A stretch of DNA of 11,400 nucleotides, taken from Bdellovibrionota bacterium. GTDB lineage: Bacteria; Bdellovibrionota_C; UBA2361; OMII01. How positions within the stretch are numbered: the stretch's first letter is position 1; the number at the start of each line of letters is the position of its first letter. Location: the NCBI GenBank assembly GCA_044356215.1, contig JBIKWQ010000090.1:1-11400 (forward strand), given 5' to 3'. The notes below the pieces were generated by a model. That model was not told the origin of the DNA and searched no databases. It saw nothing but the letters and a program-made list of their open reading frames with translations. The translations under genes were made by a program, and so were the position numbers. Positions 7,883-11,400 of this stretch are shown piece after piece.

Positions 7883-8779
7883 CTATTCCTTTTTCGATTT
7901 ATCTATTCTTGCCCACTCCGCCTGTTCTAGTGAGGCTTGCGTAATAATTAGCCACGGATCAGATGGCGGTAGCCTTCGTGTGGCGTCTTGAGTTGTCTTT
8001 CGCGCCCGCTCTACATCCCCACTTTTTAGCGCTGCCGCTGTTAGCCCATAATCGGTCCAGCTATCAAGAAATGATTCGCTGTAATCAGCCTTGCCTTTAT
8101 CTATCCAAAATCTGGCCCGATCTCCATTGTTGTTCTGAAGAGAGATATCAGCGAGCATTCTTATAGCCTCTGGAGCGTTTTGATGATCGGTTGGTATGGA
8201 CTTGAGCGCGCGCTCCGCGTCGCTCAATTTACCCAACTTAATCTGAGTCATTCCTAAACTTAGTGAGACATCAGGCCGATCTTCCGGCGCTGATTCCGCC
8301 AAAGCTCTCCATAACTTCTCTTCAGCTGTGGCGTAAGACTGCGCTTTAAACAATGACTGGCCCAAAAGAAGAAGAATACGACCTCTTAATGGGGACTTTT
8401 CAGGGAGATGGCTCGCCGCTTTTTCGGCGAATAACGCGGCCTCCTGATACCTTCCCTCCTGAAACTCTATGATTCCACGGGAGAACGTTAAGCGCGCTCG
8501 CTCGTCGTTATCTATTGAACTACCCCGCAAGACTGAATCGAAAATATCTGACGCTCTCTTAGTTAGTCCAAGTGCCCAAGCGCTCTTTGCTGCGGCTATG
8601 TGAGTATCATCAGCGAGCCTGCGATCCGGAAGTCGCTCATACATCTCTAGCGCCTTAAAGTGCTCGCCTTCCGCTGAGAGTTTTTGAACATCAACTGGAT
8701 GTTCCGCTATAGAAACCCTAGTGAGCGCCAAGAGCGACGTAAGCACCGTTACCGACAGTATTCGCCTTAGTCTTCTCAT
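7883..8779 (-). CDS. Tetratricopeptide-repeat protein with predicted signal peptide
   Basis: MRRLRR + hydrophobic stretch + SIA-E cleavage-like site; repeated TPR-like helices (RGIIEFQEGRYQEAA, LLGQSLFKAQSYATAE, SLGMTQIKLGKLSDAE). Confidence 0.8.
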   Translation of the reverse strand: MRRLRRILSVTVLTSLLALTRVSIAEHPVDVQKLSAEGEHFKALEMYERLPDRRLADDTHIAAAKSAWALGLTKRASDIFDSVLRGSSIDNDERARLTFSRGIIEFQEGRYQEAALFAEKAASHLPEKSPLRGRILLLLGQSLFKAQSYATAEEKLWRALAESAPEDRPDVSLSLGMTQIKLGKLSDAERALKSIPTDHQNAPEAIRMLADISLQNNNGDRARFWIDKGKADYSESFLDSWTDYGLTAAALKSGDVERARKTTQDATRRLPPSDPWLIITQASLEQAEWARIDKSKKE

Positions 8780-8788
8780 GTATGCAAC

Positions 8789-9886
8789 CTAGAAAGAGGA
8801 TTCATTATTGATTGTGCTAACCTCAATTCTCCCCTCAAGACCTTTCTTCTTGATCTTCTCAACGAGCGTTGTTCGGTTCAAGCCAAGGAGCTTTGCCGCG
8901 GCCTTCTTGTTTCCTCCCGTCTGCGCGAGCGCCGTAGCTATAAGCTTATTTTCATAATCGTCTACTAGCGCATTAAAATTCACGCCTAACATCGGGAGGA
9001 CAAAATCTTCTCTCTGCAGGATCATCGTGTAGCGAGTCCCTCTTACGAAATCAGGGAGCTGATCCGAGTGAATGGATTCGCCTTCGCTTAGTATCGCTAG
9101 CCTCTCCACTAAATTCTCCAGTTCCCGGATGTTTCCCGGCCATGAGTAGGAAGATAGCGCGTGCAGCGCATCATTCGAGAATGAAAGCCCTGGGCGGCTT
9201 AGCTCCTCAGCCTGGCGCCTTAGAAAATGTCGCGCCAGAAGCTCGATATCACCTTCCCTCTCACGTAATGCCGGTAGGGCCACTGGAACAACTTGCAACC
9301 GATAAAACAGGTCTTCTCTGAAACGACCTGCTTTTACTTCCTCCGCCAGATCTTTATTAGTCGCCGCGATGACTCTGACATCGACATCGACCGAGCGGTT
9401 TGAACCAACTGGATCTACCTTTCGCTCTTGCAACACTCGAAGAAGTTTTACTTGAAGCTTAGGACTCATCTCGCCGATCTCATCTAAAAAGATCGTTCCG
9501 TTGTCGGCTAATTGAAATCTCCCGACCCGCGAGCTTATCGCCCCAGTAAAGGCCCCCTTCTCGTGGCCAAAGAGTTCACTTTCTAGGATATCTTCAGGAA
9601 TCGCCCCGCAGTTTACAGGGACCAAGCGCCCCGATCGGCCACTTAGTGAATGAATCGCTTTCGCGATTAATTCCTTTCCTGTTCCACTCTCCCCCAACAC
9701 AAGAACTGTAGAGCGGGTTTTCGCGACCTTCTCTATCACACCAAAGATCTTCTGCATCTCTGGGCACCCGCTCAGGATACCTTCAAATATTGGAGCACGC
9801 GCCGGAGGGGCAAATTGCACGAGGTGGTCTGACGATATGTCAGAAAGCCCATCATTATCAGCTTCAATTAGAGCGTTTTGCGTCAT
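8789..9886 (-). CDS. fleQ: sigma54 enhancer-binding protein, FleQ/FlrA-like, lacking an N-terminal regulatory domain
   Basis: [79 protein letters not shown]; only about 35 aa precede the AAA+ domain; AAGGAAGG RBS supports the ATG at 9886. Confidence 0.75.
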   Translation of the reverse strand: MTQNALIEADNDGLSDISSDHLVQFAPPARAPIFEGILSGCPEMQKIFGVIEKVAKTRSTVLVLGESGTGKELIAKAIHSLSGRSGRLVPVNCGAIPEDILESELFGHEKGAFTGAISSRVGRFQLADNGTIFLDEIGEMSPKLQVKLLRVLQERKVDPVGSNRSVDVDVRVIAATNKDLAEEVKAGRFREDLFYRLQVVPVALPALREREGDIELLARHFLRRQAEELSRPGLSFSNDALHALSSYSWPGNIRELENLVERLAILSEGESIHSDQLPDFVRGTRYTMILQREDFVLPMLGVNFNALVDDYENKLIATALAQTGGNKKAAAKLLGLNRTTLVEKIKKKGLEGRIEVSTINNESSF

Positions 9887-10010
9887 GAAAACCTTCCTTG
9901 TTCAACCTATTTCTGACACCTCAGATCAACTAATGAACGAGCGAGTCAAAAAACCTTCCTTGTTACTGCGGGCAAACACCTCTCTTCAGGTGAAGCAGCC
10001 AGCGATCAAC

Positions 10011-10067
10011 TGTCATTAAAGTGGCAAACTACGTACCATTTGACCGCTTCATGTTAGATTCTTGACA
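10011..10067. promoter_or_regulatory. Two TGTCA-N6-TGACA-like palindromes (FleQ-box-like activator sites)
   Basis: TGTCA-TTAAAG-TGGCA (10011-10026) and TGTTA-GATTCT-TGACA (10052-10067), each 1 mismatch from a perfect palindrome, 41 bp apart, flanking the sigma54 element. Confidence 0.55.
10024..10038 (-). promoter_or_regulatory. sigma54 -24/-12 promoter of the four-gene regulator operon
   Basis: Minus strand TGGTACG-TAGT-TTGC matches TGGYACG-N4-TTGC; about 140 nt upstream of the ATG at 9886, in the correct orientation. Confidence 0.75.
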
Positions 10068-10087
10068 AGCATGAAGGGTCTCAAATG

Positions 10088-10123
10088 TTTTTAAAATTTA
10101 TCTATTGTTGATTCAGCTAGTTA
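10088..10123 (+). promoter_or_regulatory. Possible IHF site
   Basis: AT tract followed by ATTCAG-CTAG-TTA (10111-10123), an imperfect match to WATCAA-N4-TTR, located between the sigma54 promoter and upstream palindromes. Confidence 0.35.
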
Positions 10124-10289
10124 GGAAATAAGGCTTTTTTATTTTTGTCGCGATAAAGCGTGAACCCTGGTTAGTTCACTTACTGAGATACGGAACAACT
10201 GTTCAAGTTGGAACAATTTTTCGGCTAAAATTTGCGTAGGGAACGTTACGAGGATAGACGAAGCATCCCCTCGCAATGACCTTTTATGG

Positions 10290-10769
10290 TCACAATTCCG
10301 GCACTAGACGTGCTGTGCCTGTAACCGCATCCTCAAAGCAGTTATAGCCAGGATAATCTCTTATATCGTCTACTAACCCATCATTCATCGGTTGCAAAAC
10401 TATGTAGAAGAAATAGGCTTCGATGTCTTCTGGACCAACCAGGTATTCTGCTGAATAGCGCCTAGCCCAAAACCTACCACCTGTGTACCCAGGCTGATAA
10501 CGCGGAACAGCACGAGCTACCGAGGAGTTAAAATCCCGCATAAAGTGAGCCCTATTGGCGTTCGGAAACATCGCCGCTTCCTGGGTGTGATTTCCCTCAA
10601 TCGATAATCCGTACAGACTAACCCCATAACGGGTAGAATAATGCGCCGCATAACCAAGGATCGCCTGCTCAAGCTCCCGGTTGTTAACAAACCAGAGCTC
10701 AGAGTTCCTGGCGCGCGTGGTCAGGAAAGACGCAATCTCCCTACATTCTATTCTTGCGTGGTAGCCCAT
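10290..10769 (-). mobile_element. REP-associated tyrosine transposase-like (Y1 HUH) gene, divergent and probably 3'-truncated
   Basis: FLTTR, YGVSLYGLSIEGNHTQ (HUH position), FMRDFNS, GRFWARRY, YIVLQP (catalytic Tyr; canonical YIxxNP), GLV...YPGYN. Likely start is ATG 10769 (track start is TTG 10775). Confidence 0.75.
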
Positions 10770-10897
10770 AGACAATACACAGATAGCTCAGCAAACCTGC
10801 TGGCTAAACTTTTCCTTCCCTGTATTGTTCGAATTATGAAAGCCGGAAGTTTCCTGAATCCGCGAGAGTTTTATTACGCCCAGATCTTTAGAAGCGA

Positions 10898-11275
10898 CTA
10901 TCTGATTCTCTCTATCCGATTCTCTCTATGACACGACGTACAATTCTCAAATAATGGATATCGTTCTTGAGTCGTTACTTGAGTGAGCTCGCCGCCACAA
11001 ATAGCGCAACTAACATCAACTGAAGTTATGATTGAATCCTGAAGCCACTTTTTATAGACAATAAAGGGAGAAATTATGATGCCCGTCGGAACCAGTATAA
11101 GATGTGCTCCAGGGATCAAAAAACACACCGCTGTGATTAGAAGACAAAACCAAGTTGTCTTGAGCGCGCGCAGAGCTTTCTGCCTAGAGTCGAAATAGAC
11201 AACCGATAACGCCCCCTCCCTGCGCTTCTCCCCGCAGCTAGCTACGACTTGGTTCGTGGAAACTTGAGTAGTCAT
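10898..11275 (-). CDS. Hypothetical membrane protein with a C-terminal Zn-ribbon
   Basis: 125 aa; hydrophobic hairpin WFCLLITAVCFLIPGAHLILVPTGIIISPFIVY, then CAIC...CTSC; AAGGGGG RBS-like tract upstream. Confidence 0.7.
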   Translation of the reverse strand: MTTQVSTNQVVASCGEKRREGALSVVYFDSRQKALRALKTTWFCLLITAVCFLIPGAHLILVPTGIIISPFIVYKKWLQDSIITSVDVSCAICGGELTQVTTQERYPLFENCTSCHRENRIERIR

Positions 11276-11350
11276 CGCCCCCCTTACTACTTTCTATTGT
11301 ATAAAACAAATAAACTGGTCCTTGACTAGGGCGTCGCAGTTCTTTATCAC

Positions 11351-11377
11351 CACAGAGGACGCAGAGGACACAGAGAA
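11351..11377 (+). repeat. 3 x 9-bp tandem repeat (CACAGAGGA-type interspersed repeat)
   Basis: CACAGAGGA-CGCAGAGGA-CACAGAGAA, read directly from the sequence. Confidence 0.7.
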
Positions 11378-11400
11378 CGGCCAATTTATGGGCAATTATG

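Noticed and set aside
9968..10030. GGCAAAC...stem...GAAGCA resembling a c-di-GMP-I riboswitch
   Set aside because: It is on the strand antisense to the operon, and lacks the GNRA tetraloop and the GACGCAAAG/P2 elements.
10791..10806. TAGCCAGCAGGTTTGC as a sigma54 promoter for the transposase
   Set aside because: No GG at -24 with correct spacing.
1214..10931. Other short ORFs in the track (1214, 1311, 3136, 3873, 5110, 5283, 5463, 6156, 6242, 6506, 7602, 7963, 9837, 10641)
   Set aside because: Shadow or alternate-frame ORFs over well-supported genes or regulatory DNA, with no recognisable motifs.
10304..11329. Composite mobile element bounded by two CTAG sites carrying the transposase and membrane-protein genes
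   Set aside because: The sequences next to the two CTAGs are not inverted repeats of each other, and CTAG is frequent throughout the window.
11351..11377. CRISPR array
   Set aside because: 9-bp contiguous units with no spacers and no cas genes.

Overview
Mostly core bacterial chromosome with an accessory right end. Left to right: (1) a murL-murD2 pair, the alternative peptidoglycan route in which L-Glu is ligated and then epimerised on the UDP-MurNAc-dipeptide. (2) A convergent stand-alone receiver (CheY-like) gene with a near-perfect sigma28/FliA promoter. (3) A divergent lexA-recA operon ending in a bidirectional terminator. (4) A tightly coupled minus-strand operon: FleQ/FlrA-like activator with no N-terminal regulatory domain, exported TPR protein, PAS-less FleS/FlrB-like kinase, FleR/FlrC-like regulator. 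It has a sigma54 -24/-12 promoter, TGTCA-N6-TGACA-like boxes and a possible IHF site. (5) A divergent, probably truncated RAYT/Y1 HUH transposase, a small membrane protein with a Zn-ribbon, and a short 9-bp tandem repeat at the edge. The most notable features are the rewired, sensor-less flagellar-type cascade and the SOS operon sitting between sigma28- and sigma54-controlled genes. I see no clear new defence or CRISPR-type system. All family calls come from motif recognition by eye; no searches were run.
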